Notes: generated by a model from the letters alone, not told the origin. A stretch of 62,976 nt of DNA, filler included, from Reticulomyxa filosa (GCA_000512085.1; 21 parts of 21 records of this genome joined end to end with filler, not necessarily neighbours in it), one strand, 5' to 3'. Shown: positions 26,656 to 39,344, counted from the first letter of the whole stretch. Numbers and translations: made by a program.

Positions 26656-27661
26656 AAACGGTACAGTTTCGAATTCACTAGCAATAGAAGCAATAGTGCG
26701 AATGGCAGCTTCGACATTGTGTCCATCCAAAGCACTGGTTTCAAAGAAAGGCATATTATTTTGTTTGGCCAATTTCTCCCCTTCTTCCTGTTGGACTGCG
26801 CGAGAACTTTGTAAGTCGCATTTATTGCCACACAACAAAAACGGAAAATTCTCTCCGTTTTCGGGGCCCGCTTGGTCCAAGAAATTTTTCTTCCATGTTT
26901 CTATTTGATTGAACGACTGGTCATTCGTTACATCATATACTAATACGCATGCATCTTTATATTATGTAATATAAAAAAACATAGACACACAGTTTGCAAA
27001 AAAAAAAAAAAAAAAAAACCCCTAAAACGTTCATTTCAACTTCAACTTTAGCATATTTATTTTAAAAAAACAAAACAAAAAAAAGAAGTGGATTATTCCA
27101 TGTCTTGTTCATCACCTGATCCTTTATAAAATGCTGATCCTAAGCTTTGAAATCTTTCTTGCCCTGCCGTGTCCCATATCTATTTGTTTTTTTTTTAAAA
27201 AAAAAAATGGTAGTTTTGCGATCCCTTGCGGAAGGAGGAGAGAAGAGAGTGTATACGTGGCAGGGGAGACGCACCTGCAAAGTGACTAGTTTGTCGTCGA
27301 CAGATATGTCTTTTGTCATAAAGTCGGCCCCAATTGTGGCTCTGTGCTCTTGGATAAATGTTCCATTAACATATCTTTGAAACAGTGCTATTTTCCCGAC
27401 ACTGGTTTTTTACACAAATTTTTTTCAACCAAAAAAAAGAAGGGGGGAAACATAAAAAAAATAAAAATAAATGCATTGTCGGCATTGATTTTTTTTCTCA
27501 ATTTTTTCTGCCCTCTTTTGCTTATCATTCTTCTAATATTCAATCCATCCTTATTTTTTAAAACATCTACCAAAAAAAAAGATAACAGAGACAAAAACAT
27601 GCCCAGAATCGCCCAAGATGATGATGATCTTTAATAACACTTTCTTTCTTGGTTGGGCCAT
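26656..27661 (-). CDS. RAB7: Rab7-like small GTPase, at least 4 exons (3' partial)
   Basis: Spliced translation [99 protein letters not shown]. Confidence 0.88.
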
Positions 27662-27769
27662 ATGATACCNNNNNNNNNNNNNNNNNNNNNNNNNNNNNNN
27701 NNNNNNNNNNNNNTTAATTAATTAANNNNNNNNNNNNNNNNNNNNNNNNNNNNNNNNNNNNNNNNNNNN

Positions 27770-28052
27770 CACCGAGGCCAGGCTGATGCACGAGCGGCTG
27801 AACAGCTACGCCGACTTCATCGACCAGCCGCATGTGAAGGAGACCGGCCTGATCCACTGGCTCGAGCAGGCCGGCGTCCCGCAGAAAGTGCCGGTTCCCG
27901 CCCTTCCCGGCATGCTGCCGCCGCAACCGGGCACAGTCCGTGCCGAAGCACCGGTGCCCGGCCAGCACAGCCGCGCGATCCTCGGAGAGCATGGGTATTC
28001 TCCGGCCGAGATCGACGCACTGCTCGCCAGCGGCACCGTCGCGACGAGATAG
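27770..28052 (+). CDS. Bacterial CaiB/BaiF family III CoA-transferase C-terminus (partial)
   Basis: APVPGQHSRAILGEHGYSPAEIDALLASGTV* matches the family's C-terminal motif. High GC. Confidence 0.8.
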
Positions 28053-28070
28053 CGAATCCGGTCGTAGGCG

Positions 28071-28983
28071 TTACGCATCGAGTTCGCGGAGACAACGCTC
28101 CACGCGACGCATCAGCTCGGCCTCCAACCGTCCGATGATCGGATGCCGAAGACCATCATTGCGCAAGCGACGAGCAACATCGGGAATCGCCGTCAGCATG
28201 TCGTGACCAAGCCTGCGCACGCTGCGCAACAGGCTCCCCTCGGCCAGGCTCAGCTCCTGCTCGGCACGCATCCACTGCCGCGGCCCAATGCGGGCAAGGA
28301 AATATTCGCGGCCAATCTTCATCGCCAACTTGAGCCGCCGCTCGTCCAGATGGTCGTAGGGCAGTGCGCTGGCGATGTCGTAAAGTGGCGCCAACCTGAC
28401 TCGACCGCCCGGCGCATGGAGAAGCGAATAGTTCTTCGCGTGCGCATCCGTTCCGCCTACGAGCCAATTGAAGACCAACGCCTGAACGAACGTGTCGACG
28501 TCCGCTTGGGAATTGCTCGAGTGCCGACGCAGCAAGCCCACGATGTCGGCTGGCGTCGGCCCACCCTCGTTCTGGTACTTGGATGTCGGCATGACGCCCA
28601 ACGCCTGGCACATGTCCTCCTGATGGATGCGGGCAACTCCACGCGATGTCGAGAGCCGATCGTAGCGCTCGACCACGATCGCGACTTCGCCATCGAAGCG
28701 CCGCACCTCGCTTTGGGCGGCCGGAAGGTTCAAGGCCTTGGCGAGGACCAGACAGAAATGCTCGTTCTCGGCATGTCCGTCGAACTCGTCGCTCGGCGGT
28801 TTCAGAATGTGAGTCGTCGGCAGGCGGCCCGACGGCACGCCCCAACGGCGCTCGTGCAGGAGCAAGGCCGTCTTCGCCTGCGCACCGGCCAAGCTGAACT
28901 GACCGGTGTCCCTCGGCAGGCGCATTGCCGTCTCGTCGCGCCGCAAGGCTCGCAGTCGCTCCGCCACATCGTGCTCGGACAGC
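28071..28983 (-). CDS. hipA: Bacterial HipA Ser/Thr kinase toxin (5' partial)
   Basis: FSLAGAQAKTAL, THILKP, ENEHFCL, VERYDR, HQEDMCQALG, KYQNEGGP, NWLVGGTDAHAKNYSLL, LAPLYDIAS. Confidence 0.95.
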
Positions 28984-30419
28984 NNNNNNNNNNNNNNNNN
29001 NNNNNNNNNNNNNNNNNNNNNNNNNNNTTAATTAATTAANNNNNNNNNNNNNNNNNNNNNNNNNNNNNNNNNNNNNNNNNNNNTATTTGCAAAGTCTTTG
29101 GCAGCGAGTTAGTGCAATACATTACAAGTAAAAAAAACTCTTTTTTTTTGAACGGGTTTAATTCTGTATAACAGGCTTCTTCTGATGCTGCTATGAATTG
29201 GACGAAGTCTTCAGAGTTGTGAACTCGTGTCTGCCACCAATTCTTTGATAACTTGTTTCCGTCACATGTGAATGAAGAGTAGATAACCGAATGATGTATG
29301 CTGCTTTTGAAAATCAAACACAGACTGGCGAGACGAAACACGGTGGTAGCAATGACAGTAAAAAAAAGACAATGGCGGAGATAAAGATACAAATACGGTT
29401 TCAAGTTTAAGCGTACGTATCAAAATGCTATTACAGAAAAAGAAGTAATACTATCACGTCAAAAAAGCAGCACTTGTCAACTTTCACCAAAACAAAACCA
29501 AAGATAAAAGAAAGATTCTTGCCATTTTATACCAGAGCGACATTTTTTTCTTGCAAAGAAAAAACTGTCATAATAGTTTTATCTGTCAGTTTTGGGCTAT
29601 TTTCTTTTTTTCAATATAATATATTTATGCGATCAATGTGCAACACAGATCATTTGCTTTTTTTTTGACACGGAAAAATAAGTTTTTCTACTGGACGTAT
29701 AATAAAAATTTATCTGATCTTATTTTAATTTTCGAGTTCTAGTCTCATGTTTCGCACGATTACAAAAAAGTGCTTTGTGGCTGTATGAAAAAAGAAAAAG
29801 CAGATAGTTTAATGAATATTTGTGACTTATAAAAAAGCGATGCTCGATTATATAACGATAGTAATCAAAAATTTAAAAACTTGTATCTTTTTGTCAAATA
29901 TGCTAACCATAATGATCGAGTGTTATTTACTGTATGTAGAATATTCTTTCGTCTAATAGATTATTTGTAGAATTGCATAATTTCTTATATTGAAATAATA
30001 TTATTACCTCTCAAAGCCAACAATGTGAACAAATCATTCACTAAACTCAAAAAAAAACTTATGCCTGAACCCAAAAGTAATAATTTTTAGATTAGTACAT
30101 TAATTTGGCTTATTTTTGGCTCCAGAACTTGATTGATGATCACAATCATTGATATTAAGATAATATGACATAATCCTTTTGAAAAAAAGGAACAAACAAC
30201 AAAAATTTTACACGGTAATACATTATTCAAGTCAAAAGTCTTTTTTTTTTGAGAAACGTTCTTTGTTTGGTGACTGAAACACATAACTGCCATTTGAACG
30301 AAAAAAAAAGTGAAAATGATTATTTGGTGTGTAGTGGTATTTTTTATTTGCGATTTGTTTACAAATTAAACAAATAAATTGTTATGTCTTCATGTGGCAT
30401 CATAAGCTTGGTGATTTTT

Positions 30420-31165
30420 GTTATGTAAACCTATTAGAGTATGATATGATCCCATTTCACGGTAAGTAAATGTTGATTCCATTTTCGACACGTTTTGGAA
30501 CATCAATCGCCTTGTTATATTGTAAATTTTCAACAGAAATAACTCCTAAATCATCATATACATCAATCATGTTCATGCGAGCTCTCGTGCCTCTCTGATG
30601 TATTTAATCCAATGCTCAATACTTTTTCATAGCATTCAATCGCCTTCTCAAATTGACCATTATATTTATAAGCAATTTCTAACAAAAATAGGTATCAGAT
30701 TGTTTATTTCAGAGAGGTCATTTATTATTTTCAATCCCTTTTCACTGTATGCAATTGCCATACTAAAATCTTTACTGGCGAAATAAAAACGCCCCAAATT
30801 AATATATGCATAAGCGACATGTGAGCAATTAATTCCAAACATGGATAATCCAATGTCTGGAATTGTTTCGTGATGTTCAACAACTTTGTCATACTGCTTA
30901 TTGGCAAAATAGGCCATTCCTAATTTATAATACAAATTCGTAATATCCAAAGCATTAGATCCAAAAATAACCATTCTTACTTCCAAGGAATTTATGTAAT
31001 ATTCGATTGATTGTTTATACTTTCACTGTCTGTCATACAAAAAAGCCTAAATTATAAAATGATAAAGCGACATCAGGATGATTGGCCCCAATAAAGTACC
31101 ATCTTATCTTCAATGATTTTTCATGGTATTCAGCTGCCTTGTCATTTTGTCCATTGCCATGATAT
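30420..31165 (-). pseudogene. Decayed TPR-repeat (kinesin-light-chain-like) gene
   Basis: LYYKLGMAYFANKQYDK and AYAYINLGRFY..AIAYSEKGLKI. Flanking repeats are broken by stops and frameshifts. Confidence 0.75.
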
Positions 31166-31306
31166 NNNNNNNNNNNNNNNNNNNNNNNNNNNNNNNNNNN
31201 NNNNNNNNNTTAATTAATTAANNNNNNNNNNNNNNNNNNNNNNNNNNNNNNNNNNNNNNNNNNNNGTTTGATTTGAATAAAAAAAAAGAGCACTGGAAAA
31301 TTTGTA

Positions 31307-33111
31307 GTGAATGTGGTGAATGGTGACAACACAACGGAGTTATTGACAGTGCTGTGTTTAAACCCATTTGAAACTACTCTATCAAATCTCAAGTATTTGA
31401 TAATGCGCAGCTTGTATTTGGATCGAATGGAATCTCCCATGGATCCATTGGCTTGCTTGCATTGGTCCGTGGATGTCCTCGGAGACAAGTGTGCGCCAAA
31501 ATTGGGTCGCATCACAGATGACGCTGAATCTTCCACGGTCAAACCTTTGGACAAATTTGTAAGTCAATTGTGGCCACACTTGAAAAGGGAAGGCGGCAGT
31601 GAGGAAGAAAAAAAACAAACACATGACAATATCAACGTGGACATGGAAGATTTGACAATGTCATGTGATAGCATTGATGTCGCTGTGGAATTGCAACACT
31701 ATATTCGATTTGATCACACCATTAGTTGCAAAAAGACTCCAGACACATCCAAAACATTTGGCCGTCAGAAACTATTTGTCGATCATTTTTGGTTTGCTCA
31801 ATGTCATCCATTTGTCTGTGATCGCTCACATTTGGAAAAAATTGCTGCCATTGCACACTCACCAAACGATCTTTTTGGACAAATCAAAATACCACATCCC
31901 AGTGAAATGGTTGGGGTTTTGGATATCCTTGGATGCTTGGATTTGCTATTGCAAGAACTCGTGTCCAATGGACATGGACAAGAATTATCTCAGTTGTCGA
32001 ATGACAAATCTGATTCCAATACAAATTCCAAATTCCAATTCCAATTCCAATTCACTCAAGGGTATATTGCAAATCATTGACAATGCATTCCATCATGAAT
32101 TCCATACGAAATTAGGCTTTCCCTTGAACAAGGCGGAACTACTTTGCTTATGGTTAATGGCCAATGAACACCATGATCATAACAAATTGACCATCCGACA
32201 CCATTTCATTCTCGATCAAGTGAATGGAAAGTATGCCTCTTGGAAAACTATGGACTATTGTTTGTATCAAGCTATTATCAAACTGAGTGCACATGAAAGA
32301 AGAGAAGAATGCAATGTCCCATTATATTGGTATGGCTTGTCTCCATTCTTTTCTTCGCATTTGCTATTTATCTTGTTTTGAAGTTTGTATTTTGTTTGTA
32401 TGATTGTGTGTTTGTGCGTATGTGTGTTTCTTCCTTCCATTTGATATTGCACATTGCATTGCAATCATGCCAAGCACAATAAACACTGAAAAATTGAGTA
32501 TTGAGAAGATTCAAAGTGGACATTTTTCCACTTATGTTAATGCTTGTTATGACAAAGCCATTGTCGAAGATCGACAAGCTCAATCCAAAGATATCACCAT
32601 TTTGGAATTTGACAAAAGTGTGCGCCAATCTCCTCATATCTTCAGCTGTGATATCTCATGGTTGGTTTCTATTCCGTCACTTGCTCAATTAGTTATTTTT
32701 GCTCGCTCTATCCCTTCCTCTGAATTGAAAAGTCCTGAATCACATCGATGGACTGTTGACTCTGTTGCGAAAGAAAGCAAAGTGTTACGCTTGAAAGTGT
32801 ATCCGAGTGAATATGTCAAAGAATGCGAACATGTGAAAAGCTTATTGCCCCAGGAACCTTTGTCGGTCATATGGATCTGTCTTAAATTTCAAAAAGGAAA
32901 CATTGACACAGCTGTTCAAGAACTTTGGACTTTTCATGAAATCAAAGAACAAATTTCTTTGCATTATGCTCCACAATTGGATGCACTTCAAGAATACAGA
33001 TGTTTTGATCGAAATATCAATATTTATTTGTTTGCTAAGCAAATGTCTGCGCAAGAAATTATCACCAGTTGGAAAGTACTAAAGAAGTCTGATATTGCAT
33101 TATTTCAGTGA
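31307..33111 (+). CDS. ADP-ribosyltransferase (ART)-like family protein, apparently catalytically degenerate (5' partial)
   Basis: ORF 31307 joins ORF 31665 by removing one A at 32030-32032. Intron 32330-32474 (GT..AG) joins ORF 32404. Motifs HHEFHTKLGFPL, WKTMDYCLYQAIIKLS, LYC, GHFSTYV and CDISWL..IFARS resemble foraminiferan ART-like proteins as recalled from memory. Confidence 0.6.
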
Positions 33112-33473
33112 TATTTTGTATGCTTTTTTGTTTTAAAAGTGCGATGCACAACTACTTGTGAAGGTCGCTCGTAATGGGTTAGGAAATATACTAACATGTT
33201 TTAACTACAAAATTTTTTCTCGTAGTTTAATCAGCCACGTTATTTTCTGGCAACTTTTTTCCCACAAAAAAAAAAAGCTAAGTTTCCCGATTCGATATAA
33301 GGAAAGTGTTGAATTTTTGTTTACAAAAGTAACAGTCACCAAATAATGTGGTTTAATTTGCACAAAGCAGGGCACAGTTATGATAAGCTTACAGATCGCA
33401 AAGCCTCACAAAAATTGACTTTAAAAAAAAATTAATACAGATGCTTTCACAATTTTGAAAACCGAACGGCACA

Positions 33474-36110
33474 TTAATCTTCTCCAGTGACTTTTTTGTC
33501 TTGCCATGGTGGCCTTGTGATTTGGGATTGGTCGCCGGTCCAAGTGCATCCATGATAAGCAGCGTCCTCATAATAGCCAGGACAGTAGAAGCGACCTTTT
33601 CCTCCATGCCCATAAGCTTTGTTAGTGAAGTAAATGGCGCGTAAGCGTCCAGTGTTGCATTGAGGACATACTGGCATACAGCCATACATTTGACAATCCA
33701 CAATTCTTTTGATCAATTCAATTTTGGTACCACTAACTTTTTGGCCATTTCCTCGTAACAAATCTTTTAAATCTGTCATCGAGAGAGGTTCTAACTCTTC
33801 ACATCGTTTCTTAAACTCATCTTTTTCTTTTTTAAATTCTTCACCGCGAGGTTTTTCTTTAGTCAAGTCTTTTTCGCGATGACAAATTGCAACCATCATT
33901 CCAGGGAAGGAGTCGAGATTGTCTAATGTCAAGTAAACTCCCTCCGTTTCTGTGGCACAAGTTTTATAAAAATTTTTTGAAGACGCTTGATCTCGGCATT
34001 GGACTGAGTAAATCTTGATGCCACAAGCGGCACAGTCTTTGATTTTTTCTCTCCAGTCCAAGTTGTAAGGGTTATTGCTCTATTGCAAAAAAAAAAAAAA
34101 AAAAAAAAATTGCCTATTCAAAGTACTGATTTAAAAATGGATAACAAAATTAGAGGAGAAGAACGCGTTCTAACATTAGTCGCATGAGGTACTTCGTCTC
34201 CAATCAACACAAAACTTCGTGCTTGGCATGTTTCACTCCAAGAAAATTCACGGCTGACGTTATGCAATACCAGCTCATAGCACTCGGGCGCGTCCCCACC
34301 ATAGGTCTTGCCGACATTGGAGACAAACCAAACCAGTTGTTCCTCATTTTTCGTCAAATCCACCCAACGACACGTGTACGAAGTGTCACGTGAACTTTAG
34401 TCATTTCAAAGGCAACACTCGTATACAAAGCAAATCAATTATACATATTGCATAAACAATACAAATATAACAACTTTAACAAAAAATAAGACAAACATGT
34501 AGTCTCCATGTGCCATCACACCAATTCTCAAATTGGGAATATCACGGAACAGCCGACTAATCGTTTTGGCGACATTGTTCCTCACTGTTTCCAAAACACG
34601 ATACATTGACGCAGTTGTATCAAAGCTAAACACAATTTCGATTTCGTCTGGATTGGCATTGTTCTCATCGGGAGGAGCTTTCAATGCCTTTACAAACACA
34701 CGTATACGTACATGTATACATATACATATACTATACATATACATATATATGTATTCAAACGCAACTCGATGGGAAACAGGAATGACTCCTTGAAGTTCCA
34801 TCGTGTCTTGTCCCTCAAATTCGGTCAAGACCCAATTATGACCTTCGGGCTTCGCAGGCATAACTCCGGTTTCGCCGCCGACAGGTCTTCGCGACGTGTT
34901 GACCTTGGGCGCCGTGGAAGTGGCACCCCAAGTTCGTGTTTTCGTTTTTTTGATGCTGGGCTTGGTCCTGGTTTTTTTGGGTAAGGTAGCCTTAGTCCGT
35001 TGGCGTTCCTCTTTTTTGTCTTCGCGATTCACCATTTGACGTGCAGTACGTCGAAGCCTTTGGATTGTTTTCAATTTCTTCCGCAATTCCTTTTGAGCTT
35101 CCTTTTGTTTTTTCTTTGTCGACCTTAATGCTCGCACTTTTTTTGTGTTTTGTTTTAATTTTTTTAATTAAAAAAAAAAAATGTTGTCCTCGTCATCAAA
35201 AAAAAAAAAAAAAAAGGGGGGGAAAAAACACTTCTTTTTTTTTTTTTTTTTTGTGTGTGTGGTGTGTCAAAATTCATGGTCGACTCAACAATTAATTCCG
35301 TGGAGTTTGGCTTGTAGTGTTCCAAATTTGCGCAGCGACCATGAGGGATAATAAGGAGCATCGTCTTTGTCCTGATCTTCAGTTGCAGACAAAGGAATTT
35401 TTAAAACGTTCAGATCCAGCGTGGTGGAATGCTTGAGCAAGTATTCACATGCTTTCAGATTGTTCGGGTCAAGCAGCGGCTCAAACTTCTTTTCCAATAC
35501 AATGTCACTTACTTGGTACACGTTCAATTCATGAACGCCTCTGTTTCGGACAGCGATCCAAAAGGTATGTGTCTCTGTTTCACTTGGGTAGCCTGGAAAT
35601 GATACCAACACGAAACCACTCTCGTGGACGTGTGGCACTTCAATCATTGCCACCCACAAACACGTCTCACCGTTGTCGTTTTTGTCAAAACTATCAACGT
35701 TGTGTCATGTATGTGGTATATGCGTGGAAGAGTGGTAGAAAATGGAAAAAAAATGTTTGGAATTTTTTTTTTTTTTTGAGGACTGTGCAAAGAACTCCGC
35801 GGGAACCTGGAACATTTTTACAAAACTACAAAAGTGAATCAATGCTCTCATTTTCAATCATCTCTTGTGTACATGGCACAAGCAGTGACCTCAATTCCTC
35901 GACTAAATCCTTTCGTGCGTCCTCTTCGGGTGACACAATCTGTTTTTGCATTCATTCTACAAAGTTGTCAAAGATTTGATGACTCAACACCTTTTTTTAC
36001 TCCTTCCTCTTCTTTCTATCAACTTTGGATTTTTTAGACGGTGACTCCAATGAAGATTCACCATTGTTAATTTGACTTAATTTCCTTTTTGGTAACTTAT
36101 TTTCGCTCAT
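33474..36110 (-). CDS. Multi-exon protein: basic N-terminal region + vWA domain + PADR1 (PARP Zn3-like) C-terminal domain
   Basis: vWA: IVFSFDTTASM, RIGVMAHGDY, GGDAPECYE, VLIGDEVPH. PADR1: LKDLLRGNGQKVSG..LIKRIVDCQMYG..CPQC..YCPGY..C..RPPW. Introns at 34786-34688, about 34496-34395 and about 34173-34080. The link to upstream exons (intron 35289-35137) is frame-consistent but less certain. Confidence 0.78.
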
Positions 36111-36755
36111 TGAACAAAATTCAAAACAGTAAAAATGAAGGATTCCAATCAAAAAAAACTTATACACTACTTTTAAAGTCCGCCCCTTTCGTCACTAATA
36201 AACAAAAAATGTGTGATAAAATAAACATTTTATTTTATTTCGTAACTATATATGATTTTATTTAGTTTCGTGAATAGCATTACCAAAAGTTGTTTTTTTA
36301 GACTCGACGCGTCAAAGACTCAAATTTTGCGATCAAGTTTGACTGCTCGTCTAAAATAGATATAGCGCTTAAAGACAAAAAGAAAAAAAAATCAGTTGTT
36401 CAGCAAATCATTACACATACACAACAATTATTGAGGTAAAAATAATATGAAATTCATAACAATAAAAGCATAAATTTTATTATTATAGAAACAAATTAGT
36501 ATTTATTTCTCATTAAATATATAATTGCTTCATTTTTTTTGGTATGACACTATATGTACTATCTTCAGGATGTACTGGCTATCTCAGTCACTGTTACATA
36601 CCACTTTCCTTTATCACAATAATTAAATGTTCTTCTTGCCTAGATGACGATTGAANNNNNNNNNNNNNNNNNNNNNNNNNNNNNNNNNNNNNNNNNNNNT
36701 TAATTAATTAANNNNNNNNNNNNNNNNNNNNNNNNNNNNNNNNNNNNNNNNNNNN

Positions 36756-37994
36756 GAGTCTTGGGAAACAAAACAGGCATTGTGCAATATCGTGGTGATG
36801 TGGAGCTTTCCAATGAAAAATGTATTGAAATTGAGCTGGATAACACAATAGACGGAACTGTGCGAAAAAAGATGTATTTCAAAGTTAGTTTCAATTTATT
36901 TATGAATTTATTCTTGGTTTGTTTTAATTTTATCTTATTGCATTCTAGCGCGCTCCTGATAGAACTTTATTGTGGAGAATCTAGGAACAGTTGTATAATT
37001 TATTTATTTGTTTTTTAAAAAAATAATAGTACTTGATTATTGTTGAATTTTATTTTGATTAGGAAAGCAAACTGATGACAACAACGATAACGATCTCCGC
37101 AATCGCCATTGTAGTCAGAAAATATCAAATATGATCATCCAATTGAAACCATTCAAGCCCCAACGATCGCATAATCTTCGTCAATGGAGACAACAGGTGT
37201 TGTCAAATACATTGGTTACCCTCCTTTTTCCGAGGACAAAGTTATTGGCATTAAACTGGATTTGTTTTTTTTTAGAAACAATTTTTTTATATGTAATGAT
37301 ATTTTATCTTTTCTTTATAGATATATGGATTCCTGGTGCTAATGATGGCGTGTACAACCAATGTTGATATTTTCAGGTTTTTTTTTGTCTTGTTTTTGTT
37401 TTGCAATATTTGTTTGAAATCAAAAGATATATATCAATCAATAATAACTTTATTTGAGTGTAAAATGTAGTATCCCAAAAAACGACATCTTTTCGTCAAA
37501 CGAAGTTCAATCGATTCCGGAAATGAAACCACAGCGACGACGAAAGGGAAAAAAGCAAAGACAACATTGGACAACGAGTGCCGATTGACACGAGAAAAAA
37601 AAAGGATTTAATCTGACTATTTTTTTTAAAAAACGATATGCAATGCTGGACTTTGAAATTTGGAAAAATAGAAAATACGATAAATTGGAAAAGATACGAA
37701 CGAAGAGGACGTATACGGCATTTAGCTAGATGAAAAATACATAAAGGTACAAATGAGTAGTTACAATCAAATGAGATGCAGGTTTGTTATTGTTTATCAA
37801 TTGCCATTGAGATAAAAGGTACAGGAGGACAAATGAATAAAACAAAAATTCAATATTTATTTATCTTTTTTAAAAAAAAAAGACCTGGATGGTGGTATAT
37901 TTGTGCAAAAACATGCACTCAAAACGGCAATCGATGAAAATGACATTTCAAAATACAGCATTGAAATTAAACAGTGGTATCATGGATACATAAA
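36756..37994 (+). pseudogene. Decayed multi-CAP-Gly domain gene
   Basis: GNKTGIVQYRGDVE..IELD..DGTVRKKMYFK and a second unit (..TGVVKYIG..VIGIKLD / WIPGANDGVYNQC*YF). Stops and frameshifts. Confidence 0.7.
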
Positions 37995-38094
37995 NNNNNN
38001 NNNNNNNNNNNNNNNNNNNNNNNNNNNNNNNNNNNNNNTTAATTAATTAANNNNNNNNNNNNNNNNNNNNNNNNNNNNNNNNNNNNNNNNNNNN

Positions 38095-38740
38095 ATTATT
38101 ATTATTATTATTGTTATTATTATTATTGCTATTATTGACAGCATGTCTTACAACTGATGTAAAACAATTTTTGGAATTAATTTTTTGTGACGTCGGCCAA
38201 TCTATGATTCGTATGTTATGATTTAGATTTTCGAAATATGAATGAATGGCTTCGTTCATTGAGTTGGTTAATATTAGCAGCTTCTTCATGCTTTTGTGAC
38301 TATCTTTGTTTGTCCACTTGCTTAGCGACTTCGGATAAACATGCTCCAGCATCTCGTTCATTGCGCTGCTATTTCTGTCACTGTCGTGGTCGGTGTTTGT
38401 CGATTCCACATATTGCGGGGTAGTCATCAGGATATAGTAAAATGGAGTACACATTCCCCAGTTCAATCGACACGTCCAAACGTGACCTCTCAGGCAAATA
38501 ATACGGAGAACACTCCCAGTAGTAGCCATAATATCATTATGCAGCGACAGGAGACTCTTAGTGTACATAATGGCTGCGATAAAAAAGACTCCGTCCAACT
38601 CAAGGTCGACCTTGACACGAACCGAAAAGCAAAGGACTTCAAAGGTGTACGATGGCTTCTATCCTGATCTAATGGTTCTTGTGTGTTAGGCAACAGAGGA
38701 AATTGAGATCGACGATCACGATGCTTCAACAACATTACAA
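38095..38740 (-). CDS. Hypothetical single-pass membrane protein (frameshifted, 3' partial)
   Basis: ORF 38490-38777 ends in a hydrophobic helix that overlaps ORF 38047-38598, which continues into a poly-Asn tract. Confidence 0.35.
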
Positions 38741-39344
38741 TATTTTCAAAAAAAAAAAATGGATCTCTCCCCTCCATTCGTTTGCTCTGTTGTTAGAAGA
38801 AAGCTAAAGTAATATATGATTTGAGCAGTACAATTGATCAAATTAAGAGTAAATGTAAATTCTTTGTCTTGTGTTCGAGAAAATACTTGAAGATAACACA
38901 ATTATCATCTGCTCTCTTTTCGATTACATCAAATTTATTTTTATTTTTTGTAATAACCATTTCTGACATATACTTAACCATTAAAGTTACTTTTAAAAAT
39001 GCTTCACTAAATGATTATTAAAGAAATTCCAAAACTTAGTTTTGTTTTTTCTTCCTCTTTCATACACAGCAACAATTGTGATCTTTTTACACATTCATTT
39101 TAAATTGTACTGTTAACTTTAAATATTGAATTTTTTAAAAAATGACTTGAATTATTTCAAACTGGTGTTTGTAAATTTTTTAATGGAATGTAAACCAATG
39201 GACATTGAAATTTCCAGAAAATAATATTCTAATTAACTGTTTGAAAAAGAACAAAAAAATATTTTACAAATTTCTAATTAATTAAAAAGACAAAAAAAAC
39301 AAAAAAAAGGGTGTCAAATAAATTGAATTTCCAGTACACTTTAA

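Noticed and set aside
28143-29039. 298-aa plus-strand ORF overlapping hipA
   Set aside because: Antisense shadow ORF typical of high-GC coding DNA.
26656-29404. hipA adjacent to eukaryotic Rab7 as evidence of horizontal transfer
   Set aside because: They are separate contigs joined by linkers, so the adjacency is artificial.
36540-36655. U3-snoRNA-like GTACT..TCAGGAT motif with a GGTATG/CATACC stem
   Set aside because: Similarity is too short and the remaining boxes were not identifiable.
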